From Nannocystales bacterium (GTDB lineage: Bacteria; Myxococcota_A; Polyangia; Nannocystales; Nannocystaceae): 64,000 nucleotides of DNA. Below the pieces are notes generated by a model, which had not been told where the DNA came from, made no database searches, and was given only the letters and a program-made list of their open reading frames with translations. The stretch is taken from assembly GCA_050633305.1 (NCBI GenBank), contig JBOEGF010000020.1:64312-128311 (forward strand). Direction: 5' to 3'. The stretch's first letter is position 1. Every line of letters starts with the position of its first letter. This document shows, in pieces, positions 9,756-19,782 of this stretch. The position numbers were made by a program, and so were the translations under genes.

Positions 9756-9921
9756 CAGTCCTCGGTCGTGGGCGTCCGGAGCGATTCGAGCAAAAAAAGC
9801 ACTGGGCATCAGGCACGCGGGGCCCTTCCCGGTGTTTAGGAGAGGGACCGCCGCAACCCCGCCCCGCCCCTGGTGCTCAGCGCCGCCTTCGAGACTCACC
9901 CCCCACCCCCAGGAACCCCGC

Positions 9922-10566
9922 ATGACCACCAAGAAGCCGCCTTCTAGCTCGTTGCCGTCGCTGATGCTTCGTTACATCGACGGAGACCGGCGAGCCTTTG
10001 ACCAGCTCGCGACGCGTATCGAACCGAGGCTGCGCCGCTTCCTCGAGAGGCGGGTCCGTAACCCCGACCTCGTCGACGACCTCCTCCAGCAGACCTTCCT
10101 GCGCGTGCACGCTTCCCGCTCGCTGTACCGCACCCGCGGCGAGAACAACGAGGGGTCGGTGGAAGCGTGGTTCACCACCACCGCCCAGCGAACCCTACTC
10201 GACCACATGCGAGGCGAATACAGGCGCCGCGCGCGGGTCGACCGCCTCTCCAACCTGCCCGACGCGAGCGGTTTCGGAACGAGTCCCCACGCACTGACGC
10301 CCGAGCAACGGCTCAGCACTCAGGAACAAGAGGACCTCCTGCGCGAGACGGTGCGCTCCGCTGTGCGCGCCCTCCCCCACGACGCTCGGGAGGTGGTTCA
10401 ACGACACAAATTCGAAGGGCAGACGATGCAACGGATCGCGAGCGACCTGGGTGTTGGCGTGGGAACGCTCCGCGTACGGGCCCACCGAGCCTATCGAAAG
10501 CTCGCCGAGGTCCTCGTGTCGTCCGATGCTCAGCCCAAGCTGCTCGCGACCTTGGTCGCTTCTTGA
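9922..10566 (+). CDS. ECF (sigma-70 group 4) RNA polymerase sigma factor
   Basis: GDRRAFDQL, DDLLQQTFLRVH (region 2), IASDLGVGVGTLRVRAHRA (region 4); AGGA upstream. Confidence 0.92.
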   Translation: MTTKKPPSSSLPSLMLRYIDGDRRAFDQLATRIEPRLRRFLERRVRNPDLVDDLLQQTFLRVHASRSLYRTRGENNEGSVEAWFTTTAQRTLLDHMRGEYRRRARVDRLSNLPDASGFGTSPHALTPEQRLSTQEQEDLLRETVRSAVRALPHDAREVVQRHKFEGQTMQRIASDLGVGVGTLRVRAHRAYRKLAEVLVSSDAQPKLLATLVAS

Positions 10567-11330
10567 ATCGTCCGCGCGAGCACAGACCGAATCCGCCCGT
10601 CCTCCATCATGAGGACGCCGGCGATCGTGCACCCTGCGGGTGTGGTGACCTGGTCCTTGAGTGCCGCGGGGTGGGCTCCGGTCTCCAGCACCATCGCCGC
10701 GGCGCCCTCGAACACCTTCGCGGCGATCTCCAGAGCCACGTCGCGAGGCAGCCCCATCATCACGCCCCCGTCCGCCATAGCCTCGAGCATCACGTAGGCG
10801 AACGCAGGACCACTGCCGTTGAGGCTCGTGATCGCGTCCATGTGCTTGTCTTCCACCTGCACCACACGACCCACAGGAAGGAAGACCCGGCGAGCGACCT
10901 CGGCATGCTCCTCCATGGCTCCCGGGCCCAACGCAAGCGCCGTCATCCCGCAGCGCACCAGGCAGGGCGTGTTTGGCATCGCCCGCACGACGATGCTCTC
11001 GGGCAACCATTTCGCGAGGGTGTCCAGCCGGACGCCAGCGGCGATGCTGATCAACACCTTGCCCTTCAAGGCCTCACGCATCGCGTCGTCATCGAGGATC
11101 TTGGCGAGCGTTTGGGGCTTGAACGCCGCGAGCACGACATCCGCGCCCATCGCCGCATCCACGTTGTCCAGTGTCGTGTGGATGCCGTACTTGCCCGCGA
11201 TCTTGGTCCCGACCTCCGCGCGTCGGACGGACGCGACCACGCGCGCCGTATCGAACTCACCGGATCCAAGAAGGCCCGAGAGAATCGCCTCGCCCATCGT
11301 TCCGCACCCGAGGATCGCCAAGGACCGCAT
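10530..11330 (-). CDS. proC: Pyrroline-5-carboxylate reductase
   Basis: GCGTMG, ISIAAGV, RAMPNTP, GSGPAF, LKDQVTTPAGCT. Confidence 0.96.
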   Translation of the reverse strand: MRSLAILGCGTMGEAILSGLLGSGEFDTARVVASVRRAEVGTKIAGKYGIHTTLDNVDAAMGADVVLAAFKPQTLAKILDDDAMREALKGKVLISIAAGVRLDTLAKWLPESIVVRAMPNTPCLVRCGMTALALGPGAMEEHAEVARRVFLPVGRVVQVEDKHMDAITSLNGSGPAFAYVMLEAMADGGVMMGLPRDVALEIAAKVFEGAAAMVLETGAHPAALKDQVTTPAGCTIAGVLMMEDGRIRSVLARTIQEATKVASSLG

Positions 11331-11718
11331 CGGCGGATGCTACACCGTGCGGACCGCGACGCGAGGGGCGGTCCCCAATTCGGTGGAAGGGTCACAGGGG
11401 TGTCAGCGGAGTCCAGGCCAAAGCACGAAGAAGGCGTTTGTCGGACACAAGCAAGCGATGAGGAACGACGGCATGGGCTCCTGGGGGCGCCGCTGTGGCC
11501 GGTTCATCGAGCTGGGGACGGCCCCTGGGGCAACGTCGAGATCATCCGCGTCCGGGACGGCACCAGCTGCCTCGTACCCGTCGCCGGCTTTCTTGATTTC
11601 GCATGGGCACGCAACCCAGAACGGGTCCTTGCGGATAGGGCCCCTCCATGTCCAACATTGAACCTCGGACCGGTGCGCCGCGCCTGTCGACCCCAGGCAC
11701 CGCAAGACTTCGGTCCAC

Positions 11719-12726
11719 ATGAATTGCTCTCGTCACTGCCTCGCGATGTTGTTCGGATTGGCCGCGAGCGCTCCGCTTGCGGCGCATGCGAAGAAACCCG
11801 ACACCGACTCCAAGTCTGCGGAAAAAGGTCGGGACAGCGGAGACGACGACAAACCCGACGCTCAGCTCCGGTTACGGTTCGAGCTCGGGGGCGTGGGGTA
11901 CCAAGGCAACTGGACCCAGCAGTCGTTTGCTGACCCCGCGGGCGCGAGGCTCGACGGGCAGCAACACGCTGGCGTACTCCACGGTGGCTTCTTCAATGCG
12001 GTCGTCGAACGCAGACGCCGCATCACAACATTCCACACCGAGAATGGACGCGCGGGGCTCTTGTTTGGTGGCACCAAGACACCGCGAAGCGCCGGTGAAA
12101 CCACCGGCAAGCCGGTGCCCCGAAGCGGTTTCAACTTCGGCCTGACCTCCGATTTTCGCGAGAACGGTGGCGTCGCGATTGGGGGGATCTGCGGAGTCGC
12201 GTTCTCAGGCATCGCGGGGTCGTCGATCAAGGCGTTTACCCGATCCACGCTGCCCGGCAACCATCTGAAGCTCGACGCAGGTGTCGCCACGGGACTCCAC
12301 TGCGGTCCCGAAGACATGCTGGTCCTTCTGCAGTACGGCATCGAAGCCGACCTCGGCGTCGAGCAAATGCAGGACCTCAGCTCTCAGCAAGGGCTGAGCA
12401 GCTACGACCCCGGCGAGGGAAACGGCCTACTGTTCTACGCCGGACACGGGCCCCGCCTGCTGGCCGTTCGCGACACCGACGAGGTGCAAGGAGCCTTCGC
12501 GGCGGAGTACATCCGCAGCATCGGGGATGGAACATGGGGAGGAAAGCGACAGGCGGTCCGCGCGACGCTGGCGCTCACCTTCGGGGAACGGAGTTTTGGC
12601 ATCGCCCCCTGGTATCGCTTCGACCGCGTCGACTACGGGGACGCGTCGAAGGTTCTCGATCCGTACGACCGCAGCGGCCACACGTTTGGCTTCTCGTTCG
12701 TGGCGGGACGGACCCGCAGGAAGTAG
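11719..12726 (+). CDS. Secreted, probably outer-membrane beta-barrel, hypothetical protein
   Basis: Signal peptide ending AHA; amphipathic strand patterns; C-terminal FGFSF. Confidence 0.65.
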   Translation: MNCSRHCLAMLFGLAASAPLAAHAKKPDTDSKSAEKGRDSGDDDKPDAQLRLRFELGGVGYQGNWTQQSFADPAGARLDGQQHAGVLHGGFFNAVVERRRRITTFHTENGRAGLLFGGTKTPRSAGETTGKPVPRSGFNFGLTSDFRENGGVAIGGICGVAFSGIAGSSIKAFTRSTLPGNHLKLDAGVATGLHCGPEDMLVLLQYGIEADLGVEQMQDLSSQQGLSSYDPGEGNGLLFYAGHGPRLLAVRDTDEVQGAFAAEYIRSIGDGTWGGKRQAVRATLALTFGERSFGIAPWYRFDRVDYGDASKVLDPYDRSGHTFGFSFVAGRTRRK

Positions 12727-12748
12727 CGGCTACACCGGGCTGCGTGTT

Positions 12749-13618
12749 TTAGAGGTCTCGGCCAACGCTGTAGGTCAGCTGGCTGAGGACCAATGCCATG
12801 AGACTTTGGAAGTCGGCCGGTGCCAGACCCAACCGGACGCGAAACTCCTCCTGGGTTCTCGTGTAGATCTGATCCCGAATTCCCGCCAGCCAACGCGCGG
12901 CGGTTGAGCGGTGCACGTCGTAGAGCTGACCGATTCGATCGATGCTGAGTCGATCGATCAGGTGATGTCGGAGGATGAGTCGGTCCTTCTCGCTCAGTCC
13001 GGCCAAGGCTTCGCCAAATGCAGCTCGGAACTCCCCCCGAAACCGCATGCGCAGCTCCTCCAACTCGGGCTCTCCCCCGCTGACCAACAGAGCCTCGAGT
13101 TCAGCATCATCGTCGTGACGCTCGGCTTTCACCGTCGCGCCGAAGTCTCGAATCGCAGCGACCCTCAGCCAGCTCGCCAAACGTGCCCGGGCGGCGAATT
13201 GGAGCACTTTGGGGGTGGTGCCCTCCGGCGCCACCAGAAGTCGCGCCTGCAGCTGCGCCAGCAGATCGTCGACCACAACATCGACCGCACCAGCTCGCAT
13301 CAAGGCCGGGCGTAGCGACTCGAGGACGGACCGGAAGCCGTCCAATGCCTTGCGCTGCCCCTGGACACAGCCAAGAACGAGGTACAGATCCGACGACTCC
13401 AAGGCGCGGACCCCTTCTACGATCGGGGTTTCGGGGGGAAGCCGCTCCGCAAGTGCCGCAACCCATGTCGCAGCGTCGATGGAGACTCCCGGCCAACGGC
13501 CCTGTGCTGCCGACCACAGTTCCTCCAGAACATCGCAGAGCGCATCCGCATCGACCTTCGCGGCTGGTGAAGCCACCGCCTGCAGCAGCGCATGTCCCAT
13601 GCGGTGGGCCTCGCTCAC
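12749..13618 (-). CDS. Myxococcales-type ECF-like sigma factor / regulator
   Basis: SDLYLVLGC, RLASWLRVAAIR, LSIDRIGQLYDVHRSTAARW; start GTG 13618 or ATG 13600. Confidence 0.85.
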   Translation of the reverse strand: MSEAHRMGHALLQAVASPAAKVDADALCDVLEELWSAAQGRWPGVSIDAATWVAALAERLPPETPIVEGVRALESSDLYLVLGCVQGQRKALDGFRSVLESLRPALMRAGAVDVVVDDLLAQLQARLLVAPEGTTPKVLQFAARARLASWLRVAAIRDFGATVKAERHDDDAELEALLVSGGEPELEELRMRFRGEFRAAFGEALAGLSEKDRLILRHHLIDRLSIDRIGQLYDVHRSTAARWLAGIRDQIYTRTQEEFRVRLGLAPADFQSLMALVLSQLTYSVGRDL

Positions 13619-13648
13619 GGAGTCATGGTAGCAGAGCAAGCCAACTCC

Positions 13649-16354
13649 ATGATTGACCCCTGTCCGAGCGATGACCTGCTCGCGCTCCACGTCGACGGGC
13701 GGCTGAGCCCGGGAGAGAGGTCCACCGTGACGTCGCACCTGCGTGAGTGCGACGACTGTCGGCGACTCGTGGGTGCCCTCGCGGCGGCTCGAACACGGAC
13801 CCACTCCACCCAGGGCTCCGAGATATTTCCGGCATCCACCTGGCGTTGGCATTCCGGACGCCGCGTGGGTCGCTACGTGCTCGAGGGCCCTCTGGGCCGG
13901 GGCGGCATGGGCGAAGTCTACGAAGCTCTCGACGTCGAGCTACATCGGCGCGTCGCGATCAAGGTGGCGCGACCCGGACCCGCAGACGAGTCTCGCAGCA
14001 ACCGAGTCGTGGCCGAGGGCCGGACACTTGCCTCGCTCGACCACCCCAACGTGGTGCGCGTGTTCGATACCGGCACGCACGACGGGGCCGCTTACATCGT
14101 CATGGAGCGCGCCCGGGGGTCTTCGCTTCGGCGGTGGCTGGCCAGCTCACCGCGCAGCGTCCGCGACCTCCTGCACGTGTTTCGTGGGGTCGCCCGTGGA
14201 TGTGCTGCCATCCACGATGCCGGGCTCGTGCACCGCGACATCAAGCCGGACAACATCCTCATCTCCGAGGACGAGGAGGGTTTGCTCAGCGATTTCGGGC
14301 TCGGGGTCGTCAACCCAGTGGAGGGAGCGCAGAGTTCGGACCAAGGCACGAACAGGCGCCCGCCAACCTCGGCGTCACGCCGCGGGCCCAGCGGAACACC
14401 AGGATACATTGCGCCTGAGGTCGAACGCGGAGGCGTGGCGACCCCGGCCAGCGACCAGTTTGGATTCTGCGTCACGCTCGCCGAGGCCCTTCGCGGGTGC
14501 GAACGAGGGCGGACTCCTCGCTGGGCGAAGGACGTCATCGCGCGCGGGACCCACGAGGATCCACTCCGGCGATTCGAGTCGATGGACATGCTCCTTGCTC
14601 GGCTCGAGGCGCCACGCTCGTGGGCCCAATCGGTCGTCCTTGCGACGGGCACGATCGCAACCGTGGCGGCAATCACCGCTCTCGCCCGGCCCTCGGACAC
14701 GACAACGACATGCAGCTGGAAAGACGGCAGTTGGTCGCACACCGAGGTCGACGACGCGACCTGGCGCCGCTTTCGACAGGACTGGACACACGCCGCACAG
14801 CTCGCATGTGACACGCACGCGGACGCCGCGACGCAAACCTGTCTACAGCAACAGCGCAGCGATGCCATCGTCCTGCTGGAAGCCATACGTGGCGCCCAGA
14901 CCCCGGCCAGCCCGCTGACAGCCCTCGACCCGCAATCCTGCCTCGAGTCTCCAAACGCCGACAACGCCATGGCGGTCGCACACACACGCGAGACCATCAC
15001 CCTCGCGACCGCGGCCCGCCTCGAGGGCAGGGTGGACGACGCTCGAGCGTTCGTAGCAAAGGCTTCGGCGCTCGCCGCTGCGACCAGCGATCCCGCATCC
15101 ATCGTCTCGGCTTTGTACGAGTCCGGGCTGGTCACGGTCGCGCTTGGCCAGTACGACGCAGCAGCGGAGAAGTTCGAGTCAGCACACTGGATGGCGCTTC
15201 GCGTTGACGAGCCAGGGATCGCGGCGGACTCCGCGATCGAGCTCTTGGACCTTCTCACCAACGGAAACCATTTCGAAGAGGCCCGTCGATGGAGACTCCA
15301 CGCGACGGCCGCTCTTGAACGCACGGCCGAACCCGACCCCATGCGGTGGAGCCAGCTCGAGTTGGTCACCTCGCTGATGCACCAGCGAATGCATGAGTTC
15401 CCCGAAGCCGTGGCGTCAGCACAGCGCGCGCGGGACCATGCACAGCAGCTCGACCCCACGCCGCAGTGGGTCCGCATCTCGGTCGAGTCCCGAATCGGCG
15501 GTGCGATGCAGGTCGCGGGGAACGCCGAAGGGGCTCGGGCTCATCTCGAGCGTGCGCTGCAATGGCAGCTCGAGCTCCGCGGCGAGGACCACCCCGCGAC
15601 CGCGAACATCCTCTTGTCGCTCGGCACGCTCCACATGACCAACCTCTTCGAGGACGATCTCGGAGCCTCGATGATGAAGCGAGCCATCGCAATCCTCGAC
15701 AAACCCGGCGCCGTCCCCACCTTCACCGCGGCGAAGGCACACGAAGCGCTCGCCTACACGTACATGGGCCAACAGCGCTATGAAGATGCACGGCCAGCCA
15801 TCGAACGAACCGTCGAGCTTCACGACCTGCTCTTTCCCCCGGAGCATCCGCGCCGCCTGGCCACGTACATGCTCCGCGCCAACCTCGCCCAGGCCGACGG
15901 AAAACCCGAGGAAGCCTGGCGCTTGGCCGAGGAGGGGGTACTCGTCGCGAACCGCACCCTAGGCGGCAGCGCGCCGTTGACGGCTTCGATGAGCGCGATG
16001 GCTGGCGAACTCGCCGTCAACCAAGAGAAGTTCGACATCGCAGAGCAACGACTCGAGACCGCCCTGGTGGTCTTTGAAGAGGTCTCTGGACCCGAGCACC
16101 CCGTCATCGTCGACGTCCTCTCGAGTCTCGGCAACGCAAAATCCGGGCTGGGAAAGTCGGCGGAGGCCGCCGAGTGTTTCGAGCGCGCGCTGAAGATCGC
16201 CGCGGGCGGCCCAGCGGCGGCGCGCCCTCTGCTGGGGCTCGCCCGTCTGAGCGACGAGCCCGAAGACACCATTCGCTACGTCGAACTCGCCCGCGCCGCA
16301 GATCCGAGCACGGAGTCCGAGGCTGCGGAGATCCTCAACCGCATTCGCCGTTGA
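13649..16354 (+). CDS. Ser/Thr protein kinase with N-terminal zf-HC2 motif, TM and TPR repeats
   Basis: HLRECDDC; GRGGMG, VAIK, HRDIKPDN, DFGL, GTPGYIAPE; GEDHP/GPEHP TPRs. Confidence 0.93.
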   Translation: MIDPCPSDDLLALHVDGRLSPGERSTVTSHLRECDDCRRLVGALAAARTRTHSTQGSEIFPASTWRWHSGRRVGRYVLEGPLGRGGMGEVYEALDVELHRRVAIKVARPGPADESRSNRVVAEGRTLASLDHPNVVRVFDTGTHDGAAYIVMERARGSSLRRWLASSPRSVRDLLHVFRGVARGCAAIHDAGLVHRDIKPDNILISEDEEGLLSDFGLGVVNPVEGAQSSDQGTNRRPPTSASRRGPSGTPGYIAPEVERGGVATPASDQFGFCVTLAEALRGCERGRTPRWAKDVIARGTHEDPLRRFESMDMLLARLEAPRSWAQSVVLATGTIATVAAITALARPSDTTTTCSWKDGSWSHTEVDDATWRRFRQDWTHAAQLACDTHADAATQTCLQQQRSDAIVLLEAIRGAQTPASPLTALDPQSCLESPNADNAMAVAHTRETITLATAARLEGRVDDARAFVAKASALAAATSDPASIVSALYESGLVTVALGQYDAAAEKFESAHWMALRVDEPGIAADSAIELLDLLTNGNHFEEARRWRLHATAALERTAEPDPMRWSQLELVTSLMHQRMHEFPEAVASAQRARDHAQQLDPTPQWVRISVESRIGGAMQVAGNAEGARAHLERALQWQLELRGEDHPATANILLSLGTLHMTNLFEDDLGASMMKRAIAILDKPGAVPTFTAAKAHEALAYTYMGQQRYEDARPAIERTVELHDLLFPPEHPRRLATYMLRANLAQADGKPEEAWRLAEEGVLVANRTLGGSAPLTASMSAMAGELAVNQEKFDIAEQRLETALVVFEEVSGPEHPVIVDVLSSLGNAKSGLGKSAEAAECFERALKIAAGGPAAARPLLGLARLSDEPEDTIRYVELARAADPSTESEAAEILNRIRR

Positions 16355-17597
16355 TACACAACACGACGGAGTTGAACAGGTCGACTGCCTCGGCGGTCGA
16401 TGCGGCGGCACAGGCCTCGTAACACGCCTGGTCTTCACAGGGGTTGGTGCAGTCGATCAGCGCGAGGCAGTCATCATCGAAGAAGCAGTCATCGAGGACG
16501 TCGCTGCACGCGTTGCCATCGAACTGAACGCAGAGTGAACAAGTGCTCTCGCTGGGGCAGGCAGCACAATCGAGGCCATCACCGCACTCCGAGGGCACCG
16601 GAACGCATTGCTCTTCGACACATGTCTCCCGAAGGGTGCAACCGGCGTCGTCGATGCATTCAGCCCCGCCGCTCGAGCTGCTCGCCTCTCCCGTTTCCGG
16701 CCCAGACGTCGATCCACTTGTCGGCCCACTGGTGGTCTCACCCGAGCTCCCCATGCTGGGATCGCCCCCCGTTGTCGATTCCGTGCTCGTCGGGTCCATC
16801 GGCCCACTCGCCGCCGTCGGGTCGACCGCATCCGTATCCGCCCCGGCCGACTCGCACGGGGAGCCTGGCGCCGGCGTGCCGTCCACGGTCGAGAACGTGC
16901 CCAAGTCCAGGGCGGTCGTTACAGCAGGAATCGGGACCTCGATCGGATACGGCCCAAACGTCTCGGTCACGACGAGCAGTTCGAGTTCGATCGTCCCCTC
17001 CAGCTGAATCGTGCCGTCGATCACGGCCTCCGCGGTGTACTGCGCAAGGCCTCCTGTGGCGACCGCACAAACACCCGAGTAGGCCGTGTTCACCTGCCCT
17101 CCGGTGATGTCCACCACCAGTGTGGCGCCCGGTACGGACGGGACCGGAACCCGCGCGAGCTCGCTGGGTGGCAGAGCACTCTCAAGCGTGACGCTCTCGC
17201 CAACCGCGAACGGCTCGAACGACACCATCGACGGCTCGATGCCGTACTCGAAGCTCTCGATCACCCCCTCGTAGTCCACCCCAGCGGCGTCGATCTTCGC
17301 GCTCACTTCCAAGGTGAACCCCGCCTCCATCGCCAGTGAGCCTGTGTCTGAGACCGGGGTCAGCGTATCGCCGACCGCGGTCGCTTGGGCCGTCGCGACC
17401 AAGGCCGCCGTAGCGCCAGCGACGACGCGGATCGCGGCAGGAGAACCCTGCGGGAGAAAGCCGCTGTCCTGCTCGAACCCGGCCAGAAGGTCGTTCTCAG
17501 CTCGGAAGTCGAGGGTGACGGGCTCTGCCGACGGGCCCGTTGAGCCACAGGCCGGAACCAGCCAAACGAGCGAAACGCACAGAAGTCTCAGGTTCAT
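16335..17597 (-). CDS. Lipoprotein with S/T/G stalk and Cys-rich C-terminus
   Basis: Lipobox VPAC; low-complexity linker; many Cys in C-terminal part. Confidence 0.85.
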   Translation of the reverse strand: MNLRLLCVSLVWLVPACGSTGPSAEPVTLDFRAENDLLAGFEQDSGFLPQGSPAAIRVVAGATAALVATAQATAVGDTLTPVSDTGSLAMEAGFTLEVSAKIDAAGVDYEGVIESFEYGIEPSMVSFEPFAVGESVTLESALPPSELARVPVPSVPGATLVVDITGGQVNTAYSGVCAVATGGLAQYTAEAVIDGTIQLEGTIELELLVVTETFGPYPIEVPIPAVTTALDLGTFSTVDGTPAPGSPCESAGADTDAVDPTAASGPMDPTSTESTTGGDPSMGSSGETTSGPTSGSTSGPETGEASSSSGGAECIDDAGCTLRETCVEEQCVPVPSECGDGLDCAACPSESTCSLCVQFDGNACSDVLDDCFFDDDCLALIDCTNPCEDQACYEACAAASTAEAVDLFNSVVLCINGECG

Positions 17598-17675
17598 GCC
17601 TGAGAGAGGAGCGTCCGGGCAAAGGTCGCATCGAGACTCGAAAAAAAGCCTCAGAAGCCGATCGAGGTCACAGGA

Positions 17676-18953
17676 TCACTCGCGACGCGGGCGCTTGGCA
17701 CGTCGGATGCTCCCCGTGGACTCGGGATCCGAGGGCGCAGGCTCGGGCAGCTTTCCCAAGAACGACGACGGCGGGCCGGATCGCTTGACCGTTGGCGTGG
17801 GCGGCCCCGGTGCAGCGGGCGCAGGGTCACCGGACCCCGGTGGCGGGGGTGGCGTGACCAGCCGGTCGAACCGTCCTCGCTTGGGCGCCGGCGGAGGGGT
17901 GGGGGCGCCCGGCTCCTCGAGCAGCGGTGCCGTCTCGGTCGTGGGGCTCTTCTCCGCGGGAGGCGTTCGCCGCGGAGGAAGCTCGTCGGGCTCGAACAGC
18001 TCCTCCCAGGGTTCGGAAGACCGATTGCCGCGGTCCATCGACCGGGCGACCTTCGCGTCGGTGGGGGGCCACGACCCAGTGTGCTCCCTGGGCGCCGAGA
18101 CCTCGGGCAGCCGAGAGGTGCGGTCGGTGTAGGGGTCGACCCGACGCGGTGCCGCGGGCGTGGCCACCTCCGTGTTGCCCTCGCCGGACGGACTTCCGTC
18201 GAGAACAACCGGGGCAGTGACTTCCATCGAGTGCGCCCGCTCCACCGGAACGACCACCGGGACCGCTTCCAAAGCAGGCTCGTCGGCAGGCTCCTCCTGG
18301 GGCGCCTCATCCGCCGGTCGATCTTCGACCGACCCTTGTTCTTCGTCGTCGCCGAGCGGCTCTTCTTCGGGGAGTTCTTCTTCGAGCGGCTCTTCCCCGA
18401 GGAGGTCTTCTTCGAGGGGGTCTTCTTCGAGGAATTCGTCCTCGGGAGCCTCTTCGTGTTGCTCGGATTCCTCGCCGTCCTCGTCCGTCCACGGCGGCAT
18501 CCACCCCTCGGTGAGCTTCGCGTCGAGAAGCTTCCGCAGCTCGGCGACCTTCTTGAAGTACGCCCCTCGCTTGAACGGCTTGTTGAGGATGTGGAACTCG
18601 GCGCCGCTGAGCCCCACGCACCCGAAACACTGGACGCAGTTGTCGCAGTCGAGGCAAAGCGTCAGGTAGGAGCTCTTCTCGCAATATGCCGACAGGTTGC
18701 TCTGGCTGCAGTCCGCACAGGCCACGCACTCCCGGCTCTGGGTGCAGTCCGCGCTATCGGAGCAAGCGTCGCAGTAGGTGCAGTTGGTGCACCGCTCGCA
18801 GGCCGTACAGAAGCGGCACGCGACGCAGTCCACGCAGTCCTCACATCGGAAGTTCTCCGGATCTTCCTCCTCCGGGGCGTCCTCCTGGGAGGCCTCGTGT
18901 TCTTCGACCAACCGCGAAAAAGCGACCAGAATGTCCTCGAGCTCGGACGACAC
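17676..18953 (-). CDS. CxxC-repeat protein with acidic/Pro-rich disordered tail
   Basis: Cys every third residue (CEDCVDCVACRFC...CFGCVGL...ILNK), then E/P-rich region; start GTG chosen. Confidence 0.75.
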   Translation of the reverse strand: MSSELEDILVAFSRLVEEHEASQEDAPEEEDPENFRCEDCVDCVACRFCTACERCTNCTYCDACSDSADCTQSRECVACADCSQSNLSAYCEKSSYLTLCLDCDNCVQCFGCVGLSGAEFHILNKPFKRGAYFKKVAELRKLLDAKLTEGWMPPWTDEDGEESEQHEEAPEDEFLEEDPLEEDLLGEEPLEEELPEEEPLGDDEEQGSVEDRPADEAPQEEPADEPALEAVPVVVPVERAHSMEVTAPVVLDGSPSGEGNTEVATPAAPRRVDPYTDRTSRLPEVSAPREHTGSWPPTDAKVARSMDRGNRSSEPWEELFEPDELPPRRTPPAEKSPTTETAPLLEEPGAPTPPPAPKRGRFDRLVTPPPPPGSGDPAPAAPGPPTPTVKRSGPPSSFLGKLPEPAPSDPESTGSIRRAKRPRRE

Positions 18954-19073
18954 GTGCCTGGCCACCTTGGCACGAAAACGCCGCCGGGGGCGAGCATCTC
19001 GCAACCCGGTTGCGCAGACGGACCCAGCCCACAGGACACTCCGAGGAAGGTGGTGTATGGTCCCGGCGCTTTG

Positions 19074-19592
19074 ATGCGCGCCTTTCTCGCAGTCGCCCTC
19101 GTGGCCGTCTCCTCACTCGCTTCCGCATGCCGGGCCGAGATCGGCGATGCGTGTCGTCGCAGCACCGACTGCTCCCTGCAGGGCGAGCGTAGCTGCGACC
19201 TGTCCAACCGGATCGCCGGACAGGGCGAGTGCATCATCGAAGGTTGTTCCCGCACCTCATGCCCGGACGAGGCCGCCTGCGTGAAGACGTACGGCACCGA
19301 CTTCCTCAGCGTCGCTTGCGACCCTGACCGAGAGGACAAGGCCGCGGTCGCTGCAGACGGCTCGGTCCTCGAGCCCCTCAACGCATGCCTGCCGCACGAG
19401 GTTTGCTTGGGCGAGGGCCTGTGCGCCGACGAGGTCTCCGCACGGTCCACTTGCCGTCGCGCATGCAAAAGCAACGACGACTGCCGGGGCGGCTACAGCT
19501 GCCGCCTCACGGGTTCCGACGGGGTCTACCAACAGCCCGACGCGAACAACCAAGCGCCCCATCGCCAGGTCAAGATCTGCCAGCCGATCTGA
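19074..19592 (+). CDS. Cys-rich lipoprotein
   Basis: MRAFLAVALVAVSSLASAC lipobox; IGDACRRSTDC, CKSNDDCRGGYSC. Confidence 0.85.
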   Translation: MRAFLAVALVAVSSLASACRAEIGDACRRSTDCSLQGERSCDLSNRIAGQGECIIEGCSRTSCPDEAACVKTYGTDFLSVACDPDREDKAAVAADGSVLEPLNACLPHEVCLGEGLCADEVSARSTCRRACKSNDDCRGGYSCRLTGSDGVYQQPDANNQAPHRQVKICQPI

Positions 19593-19723
19593 GCCGGAGC
19601 CGGCTTCGCGTCCGTGCCGATCCAACATGGCTGCGGTTGCTCATCGCTGACGCTGCCGTCGGACTCGAGGCCGATGGCCCAGCTGGCCACCGGGTTGGCC
19701 TATCGCTGGGCAGCCCAGGCACG

Positions 19724-19769
19724 CAACTCGTTGAAATTGGGAAGGCGCGTCGCGGGTATGCGTCGTGCT
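19724..19769 (+). promoter_or_regulatory. Candidate sigma-54 promoter with upstream IHF-like site for comEA
   Basis: GG-TATGCGTCGT-GCT (GG-N10-GC) at 19755-19769; CAACTCGTTGAAA, reverse complement near WATCAA-N4-TTR. Confidence 0.4.
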
Positions 19770-19782
19770 CAAGGAGAGCAGC

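Noticed and set aside
10167..11933. 588-aa plus-strand ORF
   Set aside because: Shadow of proC and off-frame of the ECF gene
17696..17711. Sigma-54-like TGGCACGTCGGATGCT on plus strand
   Set aside because: Lies inside the 3' end of a minus-strand CDS and points antisense, with no plus-strand gene for over 1.3 kb
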